Below, in pieces: positions 30,652 through 40,089 of a stretch of 64,000 nt of DNA. The translations under genes were made by a program, and so were the position numbers. Source of the stretch: Lachnospiraceae bacterium (lineage in GTDB: Bacteria > Bacillota > Clostridia > Lachnospirales > Lachnospiraceae); the NCBI GenBank assembly GCA_017396675.1, contig JAFQLB010000057.1, positions 6,771 to 70,770 of the forward strand, in the 5' to 3' direction. Below the pieces are notes generated by a model, which made no database searches, was not told the origin of the DNA, and was given only the letters and a program-made list of their open reading frames with translations. Numbering within the stretch: position 1 is the stretch's first letter; each line of letters begins with the position of its first letter.

Positions 30652-31803
30652 ATGGGATACATAGAAACGACATTGGGAAATCTGCTGCATCAGACGGCCT
30701 TTTTTAACCTTACCGTCGGCAATTATATTATGATTGCGGTGGCATGTATTTTCCTGTATCTGGCAATCAGAAAGGAGTATGAGCCTCTTTTGCTGGTACC
30801 GATTGCCTTCGGTATGCTGCTGGTGAATATCTATCCCGATATCATGCTGCATATTGAGGATTCTGCAAACGGTGTAGGCGGTTTGCTGTATTATTTCTAT
30901 TTATTGGATGAATGGGCAATTCTTCCCTCCCTTATCTTTATGGGGGTGGGAGCCATGACGGACTTCGGTCCTCTGATTGCCAATCCAAAGAGCTTTTTGC
31001 TGGGAGCTGCGGCTCAGTTCGGTATTTATGCCGCCTATTTTCTGGCAATCTTCATGGGATTTAATGACAAGGCAGCTGCAGCCATCTCTATCATCGGAGG
31101 CGCTGACGGACCTACCTCCATCTTTCTGGCAAGTAAGCTGGAGCAGACGGCCCTGCTGGGACCGATTGCGGTAGCGGCCTATTCTTACATGGCGCTGGTG
31201 CCGATCATTCAGCCCCCCATCATGAAGCTTCTGACGACGGAGAAGGAGCGTAAGATAAAAATGGAGCAGCTTCGGCCTGTGTCCAAGATGGAGAGAATTC
31301 TCTTTCCCATCATTGTTACCATTGTGGTTTGTCTGATTCTTCCTACAACGGCGCCTCTGGTAGGTATGCTGATGCTGGGCAACCTCTTCCGTGAATCCGG
31401 CGTGGTACGCCAGCTGACGGAGACGGCATCCAATGCGATGATGTATATTGTGGTGATCCTGCTGGGTACCAGCGTGGGTGCCACTACCAGTGCGGAAGCA
31501 TTTTTGAATATGGATACCATTAAGATCGTGATTCTGGGTCTGGTGGCCTTTGCCTTTGGTACAGCAGCGGGAACACTTTTCGGTAAACTGATGTGTGTGG
31601 TCACCAAGGGTAAGGTGAATCCGCTGATCGGTTCTGCCGGTGTATCTGCGGTACCCATGGCTGCCCGTGTATCCCAGAAGGTGGGAGCGGAAGCAGACCC
31701 TACCAATTTCCTGCTGATGCATGCCATGGGACCTAATGTAGCAGGTGTTATTGGTACGGCTGTTGCTGCAGGCACCTTTATGGCCATATTCGGAGTAATG
31801 TAA
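30652..31803 (+). CDS. Sodium ion-translocating decarboxylase beta subunit
   Basis: 383-aa polytopic protein with OadB/MmdB/GcdB-type blocks (GAMTDFGPL, IIGGADGPT, GSAGVSAVPMAARV). Confidence 0.92.
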   Translation: MGYIETTLGNLLHQTAFFNLTVGNYIMIAVACIFLYLAIRKEYEPLLLVPIAFGMLLVNIYPDIMLHIEDSANGVGGLLYYFYLLDEWAILPSLIFMGVGAMTDFGPLIANPKSFLLGAAAQFGIYAAYFLAIFMGFNDKAAAAISIIGGADGPTSIFLASKLEQTALLGPIAVAAYSYMALVPIIQPPIMKLLTTEKERKIKMEQLRPVSKMERILFPIIVTIVVCLILPTTAPLVGMLMLGNLFRESGVVRQLTETASNAMMYIVVILLGTSVGATTSAEAFLNMDTIKIVILGLVAFAFGTAAGTLFGKLMCVVTKGKVNPLIGSAGVSAVPMAARVSQKVGAEADPTNFLLMHAMGPNVAGVIGTAVAAGTFMAIFGVM

Positions 31804-31824
31804 AACAGAAGGAGGAAACAGGAT

Positions 31825-33252
31825 ATGTCAGAACAAGTGAAAAAACCCATCGGTATTACCGAGACAATACTGCGTGACGCCCATCAGTCTCTGATCGCCA
31901 CAAGAATGCCTACAGATATGATGCTGCCGATTCTTCAGAAAATGGATCGTGTGGGCTATCATTCCGTAGAGTGCTGGGGCGGTGCCACCTTTGATGCTTC
32001 CCTCAGATTCCTAAAGGAAGATCCCTGGGAGCGTCTGAGAAAGATCAGAGAGGGATTTAAGAATACAAAGCTGCAGATGCTGTTTAGAGGACAGAATATT
32101 CTGGGATACCGTCCCTATGCAGATGATGTGGTATATAATTTTGTAGAGAAATCCATTGCAAACGGTATCGATATCATCCGTATTTTTGACTGCCTCAATG
32201 ATCTGCGTAACCTTCAGGCGGCGGTAGACGGTACCAATAAGATCAAGGTTCGCGAAGGAAGAGGCCATGCTCAGATCGCACTTTCCTATACACTGGGTGA
32301 TGCCTATACGCTGGAATACTGGACCACGATGGCCAAGAGAATTGAAGAAATGGGCGCAGATTCCATTTGTATCAAGGATATGGCAGGACTTTTGGTGCCT
32401 TACAAGGCCACGGAGATGATATCTGCCATGAAGAGTGTAACGAAGCTGCCGATTCAGCTTCACACTCATTATACCTCCGGTGTAGCCAGCATGACGTATC
32501 TGAAGGCTGTGGAGGCAGGTGTGGATGTGATCGACTGTGCAATCTCCCCGTTTGCGCTGGGAACCTCTCAGCCTGCAACGGAGGTCATGGCGGAAACCTT
32601 CAAGGGAACACCCTACGATCCCGGCTTTGATCAGAATCTTCTGGCGGAGATTGCGGATTATTTCAGACCCTACAGAGATGAGTCTCTTGCCAGCGGTCTG
32701 CTGAATCCCAAGGTTATGGGTGTGGATATCAAGACACTGCTGTATCAGGTGCCCGGTGGTATGCTCTCCAATATGGTAAGCCAGCTTAAGGAGCAGAATG
32801 CAGAGGATAAGTATTATGATGTGTTGAGGGAGATCCCGAGAGTGCGTAAGGATCTGGGAGATCCCCCGCTGGTAACGCCTTCCTCCCAGATTGTAGGAAC
32901 ACAGGCGGTATTCAATGTCCTGATGGGTGAGAGATACAAAATGGCCACAAAGGAAACCAAGGCGATGCTGAGAGGAGAGTATGGCCAGACGGTGAATCCC
33001 ATGAGCCAGGAAGTCATCGATAAGGTAATTCCGGGAGAAGAGAGAATTACCTGTCGTCCGGCAGATATGATTGAGAATGAGATGGATAAGCTGGAGGCAG
33101 AGATGAAGGAATGGAAGCAGCAGGATGAGGATGTCCTGTCCTATGCGCTGTTCCCTCAGGTGGCCGTTGACTTCTTCAAATATCGTCAGGCACAGCAGGA
33201 GAAGATGGATATGACCCAGGCAGATACGAAAAATGCGGCTTATCCCGTATAA
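31825..33252 (+). CDS. Oxaloacetate decarboxylase alpha / pyruvate carboxyltransferase (5S-like), without a biotinyl domain
   Basis: The N-terminus ITETILRDAHQSLIATRM and the block KDMAGLL are present. The protein ends after the association domain with no AMKM motif. Confidence 0.88.
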   Translation: MSEQVKKPIGITETILRDAHQSLIATRMPTDMMLPILQKMDRVGYHSVECWGGATFDASLRFLKEDPWERLRKIREGFKNTKLQMLFRGQNILGYRPYADDVVYNFVEKSIANGIDIIRIFDCLNDLRNLQAAVDGTNKIKVREGRGHAQIALSYTLGDAYTLEYWTTMAKRIEEMGADSICIKDMAGLLVPYKATEMISAMKSVTKLPIQLHTHYTSGVASMTYLKAVEAGVDVIDCAISPFALGTSQPATEVMAETFKGTPYDPGFDQNLLAEIADYFRPYRDESLASGLLNPKVMGVDIKTLLYQVPGGMLSNMVSQLKEQNAEDKYYDVLREIPRVRKDLGDPPLVTPSSQIVGTQAVFNVLMGERYKMATKETKAMLRGEYGQTVNPMSQEVIDKVIPGEERITCRPADMIENEMDKLEAEMKEWKQQDEDVLSYALFPQVAVDFFKYRQAQQEKMDMTQADTKNAAYPV

Positions 33253-33276
33253 AGCACAACATTAAATCTTGATTTA

Positions 33277-33325
33277 AAAGCGAGGCGCAAAGGATTTGGA
33301 TAATCTCTTGTACCTCGCTTTTTCA
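33277..33325 (+). terminator. Possible terminator after the decarboxylase operon
   Basis: AAAGCGAGG pairs with CCTCGCTTT around a large 27-nt loop and is followed by TTTC. This is a weak call. Confidence 0.4.
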
Positions 33326-33596
33326 TATAAGGAGACGCTCTGTGTTTTGGAAAGGAGAGTGTGGAATACAATAATAACAGATGGGATTATATAAATTAAA
33401 TCAAAAAATAATGCAAGGTTTTTCTGTGGATGCGGGTTGACAAATAGGGAATATAATAGTAAAATAACATACGTTACCAACATTGATTGTGGGGTGGCTT
33501 CATCATTTTATTATCCTGCAATGCTATGGTTTTATGGATTTGTACACGTTTTACACAGCGATGAAGGCTTGAAAGGAGCCGGAAAGGCAGGTTTGT

Positions 33597-34145
33597 ATGG
33601 CAAGAAAAGAAATGGTATCCCGCAGTTTTCTGATCAATACGGCATTCGATATGATGTGCCAGGAGGGATTGGAGAATGTCACCGCGAGAAAGCTGGCTGC
33701 ACGTGCAGGCTGCTCCACACAGCCGATTTTCCGTCTTTATGCCAGTATGGAAGACCTGTGGAGAGAATTATTTGAATTGGCCGTGGAGTATTTTGAAGAC
33801 TATTATAAAGAAATGCCGGAAGCGGACAATCCTCCCTTTGTAAATCTGGGAATAGCCTATATTCGCTTTGCCATGGAAGAGAGCCATGTATTTAAGATGC
33901 TTTTTTTGGATGAACAGCGCTGGGGGAAAAGCCTGTATGAAATGCTGAACGGAAGAGAAGGTAATCTTACAAAGGAAATCAATGCCGCCAAGGCGGCCGG
34001 ATGTAAATCTACGGGAGAGTTGTTTACAAAGATGTGGATTTTCATTCACGGTGCAGCTTGTATGTCGATTACGGGGGATTATGATTTGGAAGAAGAAGAA
34101 ACAGTAAGACTGTTGCGTAGTGTTTACACGGCATTTTCAGGATAG
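33597..34145 (+). CDS. TetR/AcrR family transcriptional regulator
   Basis: The N-terminal helix-turn-helix FLINTAFDMMCQEGLENVTARKLAARAGCSTQPIFRLY is present, and the 182-aa length fits. Confidence 0.85.
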   Translation: MARKEMVSRSFLINTAFDMMCQEGLENVTARKLAARAGCSTQPIFRLYASMEDLWRELFELAVEYFEDYYKEMPEADNPPFVNLGIAYIRFAMEESHVFKMLFLDEQRWGKSLYEMLNGREGNLTKEINAAKAAGCKSTGELFTKMWIFIHGAACMSITGDYDLEEEETVRLLRSVYTAFSG

Positions 34146-34201
34146 CGGCAACCATTGGCGGGGCAGTATGAAGGCAAATGCGGTAAAAGGGCAGACGGTT
34201 T

Positions 34202-35143
34202 ATGGAAAAAGACATTATTTCCCTGATTGATGAAAAATATCATTTGATGAGCAAAAGTCATAAAAGAATTGCCGAATTTATTAAGGTGCATTACGATCAG
34301 GCGGTTTTTATGACGGCAGCACGGATCGGAGAGAATCTGGGAGTCAGCGAATCTACGGTGGTGCGCTTTGCCTCCGGCCTGGGATATCACGGCTATCCCG
34401 ATTTTCAAAAAACACTGGCGGCCTGGGTGAAGGATAAATTGAATACGGTTTCCAAGATGGATGCCAAGTACGGGAACAGCAGTCAGTCGGAGCTTTTGCT
34501 CACCATTCTGACCGGTGATATGGAAAAAATACGTCATACGCTGGAGATGCTGGATGCGGGAGCCTTCGAGGCGGCAGTCAATGCCATTGTGGAAGCACAG
34601 ACGGTTTATATTGTAGGAATACGAACCTGTGAGCCTTTGGCAGGCTTTTTGGCGTTTTATCTGAATATGATACGGGGGAATGTGGTGCTGCTTCGTACCA
34701 CAAGTGTCAGTGAGATGTTTGAACAGATGCTGCGGATTGATGAGAAAGATGTCTTGATCGGCATCAGCTTCCCCAGATATTCCATGCGTACACTGAAGGC
34801 TATGGAATTTGCCAACGACAGGAATGCCAGGGTCATTGCCATTACAGATTCCCCCCATTCTCCCATGAATCTGTATTCTTCCTGCAATCTTTTTGCAAAG
34901 AGCGAGATGGTTTCCATTGTGGATTCCCTGGTGGCACCTCTCAGCCTGATCAATGCGCTGGTAGTGGCACTTTGTTTGAAATGTCCGCAACAGGTGAAAC
35001 AAAACCTGCAGACATTGGAGGAAACCTGGAACAATTATCAGGTGTATCTGAACGACGAGATCAATTTTATTGACCAGGCACCTGTGTTGGATTATACTCT
35101 TCACAGGCGGGAAGAGAGTGAATCCGGGGAAGAAGGAAGCTGA
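34202..35143 (+). CDS. MurR/RpiR family transcriptional regulator (HTH plus SIS domain)
   Basis: An HTH_6-like N-terminus (MSKSHKRIAEFI...AARIGENLGVSESTVVRFASGLGYHGY) is followed by a SIS domain (VYIVGIRTCE). Confidence 0.85.
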   Translation: MEKDIISLIDEKYHLMSKSHKRIAEFIKVHYDQAVFMTAARIGENLGVSESTVVRFASGLGYHGYPDFQKTLAAWVKDKLNTVSKMDAKYGNSSQSELLLTILTGDMEKIRHTLEMLDAGAFEAAVNAIVEAQTVYIVGIRTCEPLAGFLAFYLNMIRGNVVLLRTTSVSEMFEQMLRIDEKDVLIGISFPRYSMRTLKAMEFANDRNARVIAITDSPHSPMNLYSSCNLFAKSEMVSIVDSLVAPLSLINALVVALCLKCPQQVKQNLQTLEETWNNYQVYLNDEINFIDQAPVLDYTLHRREESESGEEGS

Positions 35144-35145
35144 AT

Positions 35146-36378
35146 ATGCATGTGATCGTTGCAGGGGGAGGTGCTGCCGGAATGATGGCGGCTTTGGCCG
35201 CTGCCGGATGCGGGCACCGGGTGGAATTGCTGGAACAGAATGAGAAGCTGGGGAAAAAGATTTATATTACCGGCAAAGGAAGATGTAACGTTACGAATGA
35301 TTGTGAAGCGGAGGAATTTTTTCGCAACATTGTAAGCAATGAAAAGTTTGTATACAGTGCCTTTCGGGGATTTGACAATCATGCGCTTATGGAACTGCTG
35401 GAAGAAGGAGGCTGTGCTTTAAAAACAGAGAGGGGGAATCGTGTTTTTCCCGTTTCCGATCATGCTTCCGATGTGACTAAGGCACTTACCGGTCTGCTGC
35501 ATGAGAGAGGTGTGTCCGTCAGCCTGAGACAGCGTGTGGTTGCTGTCATGACCGAAAACGGAAGCGTTTCCGGTGTTGTTACGGAAAAAGGAGAGCATAA
35601 AAGATGTGACAGCGTGATTCTTGCTACGGGAGGATGCTCTTATCCCACCACAGGATCGGACGGCGGGGGATGGAAGATAGCAGAGGAACTGGGACATACC
35701 ATCATACCTCCCAAGCCTGCGCTGACGCCTCTTTGTCTGAAAGAGGAATACGGCCGGCTGCTGCAGGGGCTGGCACTCAAACATGTGAGTCTTCGTCTGG
35801 TGCATGGAAAGAAAACCATCTATGAGGGCTTCGGAGAAATTTTGTTCACTCATTTCGGAATCAGCGGACCGCTCGTTCTTTCTGCCAGCAGCTACTATGT
35901 GAAGGCCTGCTATGAGCAGGAGATCACCTGTGTTTTGGATTTGAAACCGGCACTTACAAATGAGCAGCTGGATAAGCGGCTGATCCGGGATTTTGAGGCA
36001 AGTCGTAACAAACAGTTCAAAAATGCTCTGGACGGTCTGCTGCCTGCCAGATTGATTCCGGTTATAATAAAAGAAAGCGGTATTTTACCGGAGAAAAAAG
36101 TCAATGAGATCAGCAGAGAGGAACGGCAGCGGCTGGTGCAGAGGTTGAAGCACTGGTCTATGACGGTAACGGGCGTCCGGGGATTCTCGGAAGCTATTGT
36201 GACGCAGGGTGGAATTCATGTAAAGCAGGTGAATCCCTCTACCATGGAGTCAAAACTGGTGCCGGGTCTGTATTTTGCCGGGGAGATGCTGGATGTGGAT
36301 GCCCTGACAGGGGGCTTCAACCTGCAGCTTGCCTGGTCTACGGGCTATCAGGCGGGAAGTGGCCTTTGCGACGGCTGA
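35146..36378 (+). CDS. NAD(P)/FAD-dependent oxidoreductase (HI0933/BaiN-like flavoprotein)
   Basis: Contains VIVAGGGAAGMMAA, GKKIYITGKGRCNVTN and C-terminal GLYFAGEMLDVDALTGGFNLQ. Confidence 0.85.
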   Translation: MHVIVAGGGAAGMMAALAAAGCGHRVELLEQNEKLGKKIYITGKGRCNVTNDCEAEEFFRNIVSNEKFVYSAFRGFDNHALMELLEEGGCALKTERGNRVFPVSDHASDVTKALTGLLHERGVSVSLRQRVVAVMTENGSVSGVVTEKGEHKRCDSVILATGGCSYPTTGSDGGGWKIAEELGHTIIPPKPALTPLCLKEEYGRLLQGLALKHVSLRLVHGKKTIYEGFGEILFTHFGISGPLVLSASSYYVKACYEQEITCVLDLKPALTNEQLDKRLIRDFEASRNKQFKNALDGLLPARLIPVIIKESGILPEKKVNEISREERQRLVQRLKHWSMTVTGVRGFSEAIVTQGGIHVKQVNPSTMESKLVPGLYFAGEMLDVDALTGGFNLQLAWSTGYQAGSGLCDG

Positions 36379-36407
36379 GGGAAAGCCGATGCAGGCGGAA
36401 GAAGAGA

Positions 36408-36442
36408 GTACACATACATGTGCACATGCATGTGCACATACA
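36408..36442. repeat. 35-nt perfectly alternating purine-pyrimidine tract containing a 22-nt perfect palindrome (36418-36439)
   Basis: ATGTGCACATGCATGTGCACAT equals its own reverse complement. The flanks keep the purine/pyrimidine alternation from 36408 to 36442. Confidence 0.9.
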
Positions 36443-36474
36443 GGTGTACCTGCATGGGGAAAAGGAGAGAGAGA

Positions 36475-37146
36475 ATGGGATACAGTGTAGCCATTGACGG
36501 CCCGGCAGGGGCGGGAAAAAGCACCATTGCCAAAAGAATCGCTGCGGAAATGGGTTTTATATATGTAGATACGGGAGCTATGTATCGTGCCATGGCACTG
36601 TTTTTGATCAGAAACGGTATCGGAGCACAGGAGACGGAAAGAATCGAGTCGGTTTGTGACAAGGCGGATATCACCATTGATTATCGCGGAGGAGAACAAA
36701 TCGTGCTTCTGAAAGGAGAGAACGTGAACGGTCTGATCCGTACGGAAGAGGTGGGAAATATGGCCTCTGCCAGCTCCGTCAACGGCAGGGTCAGGGAAAA
36801 GCTGGTAGAACTGCAGCGCAGACTGGCTGCGGATAAAGCGGTGATCATGGATGGGAGAGATATTGGCACCTGTGTTCTGCCCGGTGCCGATGTAAAAATC
36901 TATCTGACGGCGGACAGTCGTGTTCGGGCAAAACGCCGCTATGATGAACTGAGAGCGGGGGGACAGGTCTGTGACCTGGATCGGCTCGAAGCGGATATCA
37001 AGGAGCGGGATGATCGTGACAGGAACAGAGAGATCAGTCCGCTGAAACAGGCAGAGGATGCGATCCTGATAGATACCTCGTATATGACAATAGAGGAAGT
37101 GGCAGAAAGGATCATGGAGCTCATAAGAGAAAACAGAGGAGCATGA
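36475..37146 (+). CDS. cmk: Cytidylate kinase
   Basis: VAIDGPAGAGKSTIAKRIA followed by YVDTGAMYRA. RBS AAGGAG at 36462-36467. Confidence 0.93.
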   Translation: MGYSVAIDGPAGAGKSTIAKRIAAEMGFIYVDTGAMYRAMALFLIRNGIGAQETERIESVCDKADITIDYRGGEQIVLLKGENVNGLIRTEEVGNMASASSVNGRVREKLVELQRRLAADKAVIMDGRDIGTCVLPGADVKIYLTADSRVRAKRRYDELRAGGQVCDLDRLEADIKERDDRDRNREISPLKQAEDAILIDTSYMTIEEVAERIMELIRENRGA

Positions 37147-37164
37147 TTCGGGAGGAGTAAGAAA

Positions 37165-38025
37165 TTGTCTGTGGAAATCAGAAAAGCAAAAAGTGCCGGA
37201 TTCTGTTTCGGAGTGAAAAAGGCTATGGATGCGGTGTATGAACAGATTCGTACCGGAGGCGGAAAGCCTATTTATACCTATGGGCCCCTGATCCATAATG
37301 ATGAAGTGGTAAGGGAATTAAAGGAAAAAGGTGTGGAGGTGATTCATTCACAGGAGGAGCTGCGTCAGTTGAAGGAGGGCATCGTCATCATTCGCTCCCA
37401 TGGAGTCAGCAGGGAGATTTATGATATATTGACAAAAAACGGAATTACCTGTGTGGATGCCACCTGTCCTTTTGTGAAGCGGATTCACAAAATTGCGGAA
37501 AAAGAAAGTCTTGCGGGAAGACGGGTGATCATCATCGGAAACGAGGGACATCCTGAGGTAGAGGGCATCAAAGGCTGGTGCGGCACGCCTGCCGCCGTCA
37601 TAGAAAATGAAGCGCAGGCACGGGAATTTACGTGTAAAACAGGGGAAAAACTGTGCATAGTTTCCCAAACGACATTTAACTACAATAAATTTAAAGATTT
37701 AGTTGAAATTTTCCAGAAAAAAGGTTATGATACTGTTGTTGTGAATACGATTTGCAGCGCAACAGAAGAACGACAGACGGAAGCAAGAGAGATTGCTGCG
37801 GATGTCGATGTAATGATAGTGATAGGTGGGACTCATAGCTCCAACACACGTAAGTTATATGAAATTTGCCGGAGCGAATGTGAGAATACACATTTCATAC
37901 AGACACTGGATAACTTGCATTTAGAACTACCTGAATCTGTCCGAAGGGTGGGTATTACCGCCGGGGCGTCAACCCCCAACAATATTATTGAGGAGGTTCA
38001 AAATTATGTCAGAATTAACTTTTGA
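37165..38025 (+). CDS. ispH: 4-hydroxy-3-methylbut-2-enyl diphosphate reductase
   Basis: TTG start after GGAGGAG. The three cluster cysteines appear in the contexts GFCFGV, DATCPFV and NTICSAT. Confidence 0.92.
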   Translation: MSVEIRKAKSAGFCFGVKKAMDAVYEQIRTGGGKPIYTYGPLIHNDEVVRELKEKGVEVIHSQEELRQLKEGIVIIRSHGVSREIYDILTKNGITCVDATCPFVKRIHKIAEKESLAGRRVIIIGNEGHPEVEGIKGWCGTPAAVIENEAQAREFTCKTGEKLCIVSQTTFNYNKFKDLVEIFQKKGYDTVVVNTICSATEERQTEAREIAADVDVMIVIGGTHSSNTRKLYEICRSECENTHFIQTLDNLHLELPESVRRVGITAGASTPNNIIEEVQNYVRINF

Positions 38026-39208
38026 ACAAATGCTGGAAGAATCATTTAAAACTATTCATTCAGGGGAGGTAGTGGAAGGCATTGTTATCGATGTGAAACC
38101 GGAAGAGATCATCCTTAACATAGGTCATAAGTCAGACGGTGTTCTTACAAGAAACGAATATACCAATGAGCCCAATGTGGATTTGACTACCCTTGTGAAG
38201 CCCGGAGATACCATGGAAGTGAAGGTGCTGAAGGTGAATGACGGCGAGGGTCAGGTTCTTCTTACTTATAAGAGACTGGCCGTAGAGAGGGGCAATAAGA
38301 GAATCGAGGAAGCGTTCAACAATCAGGAAGTTTTGACTGCCAAGGTAGCACAGGTATTGGACGGCGGATTGAGCGTGGTTGTGGAAGAGATGCGTATTTT
38401 TATTCCCGCCAGTCTGGTTTCCGACACCTATGAAAAGGATCTGAGCAAATACGCCGGTCAGGAAATTGAATTTGTTATCACGGAATATAATCCCAAGAGA
38501 AGAAGATATATCGGCAATCGTAAGCAGTTGATTGTGGCCCGGAAGGCAGAGATGCAAAAGGAACTGTTTGAGCGGATTCAGGAAGGCGATATTGTAGAGG
38601 GAACCGTTAAGAATGTGACGGATTTCGGAGCTTTTGTGGATCTTGGCGGTGCAGACGGACTGTTGCATATTTCGGAAATGTCCTGGGGCAGAGTCGAGAA
38701 TCCCAAGAAAGTGTTTAAAGTGGGAGATACCCTTAACGTATTGATCAAAGAGATCTCAGGAAGTAAGATCGCGCTCAGTCTGAAGTTTGAGGATGCCAAT
38801 CCCTGGAAGGATGCTTCCGTCAAATATGCGGTGGGAAATGTGGTCACCGGTAAAGTGGCAAGAATGACGGATTTCGGAGCTTTTGTGGAGCTGGAAACGG
38901 GTGTGGATGCACTGCTTCATGTTTCCCAGATTTCCAGAGAGCATATTGAGAAGCCCTCAGATGTTTTAAAGGTGGGTGACGAGGTCACGGCCAGAATTGT
39001 GGACTTTAATGAAGAAGATAAGAAGATCAGCCTCAGTGTGAAAGTATTGCTGGCTCCGGAACCGGCAGCAGAATCTCAGGAGGAAGCGGCAGCCGTACAG
39101 GAGGATGAGGATGCGGATGTGGTTTCCGTGGATATCGAAGCTGTGATCGCGCAGCAGAAGGCGGAAGAGGAAAAAGAGCTGGAAGAGGCTGAACAGACAG
39201 AAGAATAA
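38006..39208 (+). CDS. rpsA: 30S ribosomal protein S1 (four S1 domains, acidic tail)
   Basis: Repeated S1 motifs are present (G.V...V.DFGAFVDLGG.DGLLHISE). ATG 38006 follows GAGGAGG and overlaps ispH by 20 nt in a different frame. Confidence 0.9.
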   Translation: MSELTFEQMLEESFKTIHSGEVVEGIVIDVKPEEIILNIGHKSDGVLTRNEYTNEPNVDLTTLVKPGDTMEVKVLKVNDGEGQVLLTYKRLAVERGNKRIEEAFNNQEVLTAKVAQVLDGGLSVVVEEMRIFIPASLVSDTYEKDLSKYAGQEIEFVITEYNPKRRRYIGNRKQLIVARKAEMQKELFERIQEGDIVEGTVKNVTDFGAFVDLGGADGLLHISEMSWGRVENPKKVFKVGDTLNVLIKEISGSKIALSLKFEDANPWKDASVKYAVGNVVTGKVARMTDFGAFVELETGVDALLHVSQISREHIEKPSDVLKVGDEVTARIVDFNEEDKKISLSVKVLLAPEPAAESQEEAAAVQEDEDADVVSVDIEAVIAQQKAEEEKELEEAEQTEE

Positions 39209-39247
39209 GAGATTTACTCCCCGGATTTTACAGAACAAGCAGAATAG

Positions 39248-39287
39248 AAATACACACAACACATTGTTTTGGTTGTGTGTATTTTCA
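39248..39287 (+). terminator. Intrinsic terminator after rpsA
   Basis: A 13-bp perfect stem, AAATACACACAAC pairing with GTTGTGTGTATTT, has an 11-nt loop. Confidence 0.8.
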
Positions 39288-39308
39288 TAGACAGAATGAG
39301 GGTTAGCA

Positions 39309-40085
39309 ATGGTATACGATTATGAATATTTCAAAAAAGAGGTTTATGCACTGACGAAGATCGATTTGAGTTGCTATAAGCAGAATCAGATGAAGAGAAG
39401 GATCGATGCCCTGATCGCCAAGCATAAAATTAAAGGGTACGATAATTTTGTAAAAGCGATCCGCACGGATCACAAGATGTTTGAGGCCTTTGTCAATTAC
39501 CTTACCATCAACGTTTCCGAGTTTTATAGGAATCCGGAGCAGTGGAAGACCCTGGATAAGGAAGTGTTTCCCGGATTGATTAAGCGTTTCGGAACGAATC
39601 TGAAGATCTGGAGCGCAGCTTGTTCTACCGGAGACGAGCCTTATTCTCTGGTCATGGCTTTGGCAGAGCATATTCCGATCAAGCAGATCAAGATCATTGC
39701 TACCGACATTGATAAACAGGTGATAGAGACCGCAAAGTTGGGGCTGTACGGTGCCAAGAGCATTGCGGCGGTGCCGGAACCTATGAAAAAGAAGTATTTT
39801 ACCAAGGTGGGTACCTCTTACAGAATCTCGGATGAGGTAAAATCCAGAGTAGAGTTCAAGGAAAGCAACCTGTTGAAGGATCCCTACCCAACCAATTGTC
39901 ATATGATCGTGTGCCGCAACGTGCTGATTTATTTTACGGAAGAAGCCAAGGATGAGGTGTTCGTGAAATTCCGTAAGTCGCTTGTCAAAGACGGTGTTTT
40001 GTTTATCGGAAGTACAGAACAGATATTAAACTACAAGGATATAGGATACGGACGGATGAGCTCTTTCTTTTATCAGGCAGAATAA
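39309..40085 (+). CDS. cheR: Chemotaxis protein-glutamate O-methyltransferase CheR
   Basis: Contains TINVSEFYRNPEQW, the SAM motif IWSAACSTGDEPYSL, and CRNVLIYF. Confidence 0.88.
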   Translation: MVYDYEYFKKEVYALTKIDLSCYKQNQMKRRIDALIAKHKIKGYDNFVKAIRTDHKMFEAFVNYLTINVSEFYRNPEQWKTLDKEVFPGLIKRFGTNLKIWSAACSTGDEPYSLVMALAEHIPIKQIKIIATDIDKQVIETAKLGLYGAKSIAAVPEPMKKKYFTKVGTSYRISDEVKSRVEFKESNLLKDPYPTNCHMIVCRNVLIYFTEEAKDEVFVKFRKSLVKDGVLFIGSTEQILNYKDIGYGRMSSFFYQAE

Positions 40086-40089
40086 CAGT

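Noticed and set aside
33274-33483. 69-aa minus-strand ORF in the gap between oadA and the tetR-family gene
   Set aside because: It has no RBS and lies in AT-rich intergenic sequence. The hydrophobic, low-complexity translation is likely a by-product of base composition.
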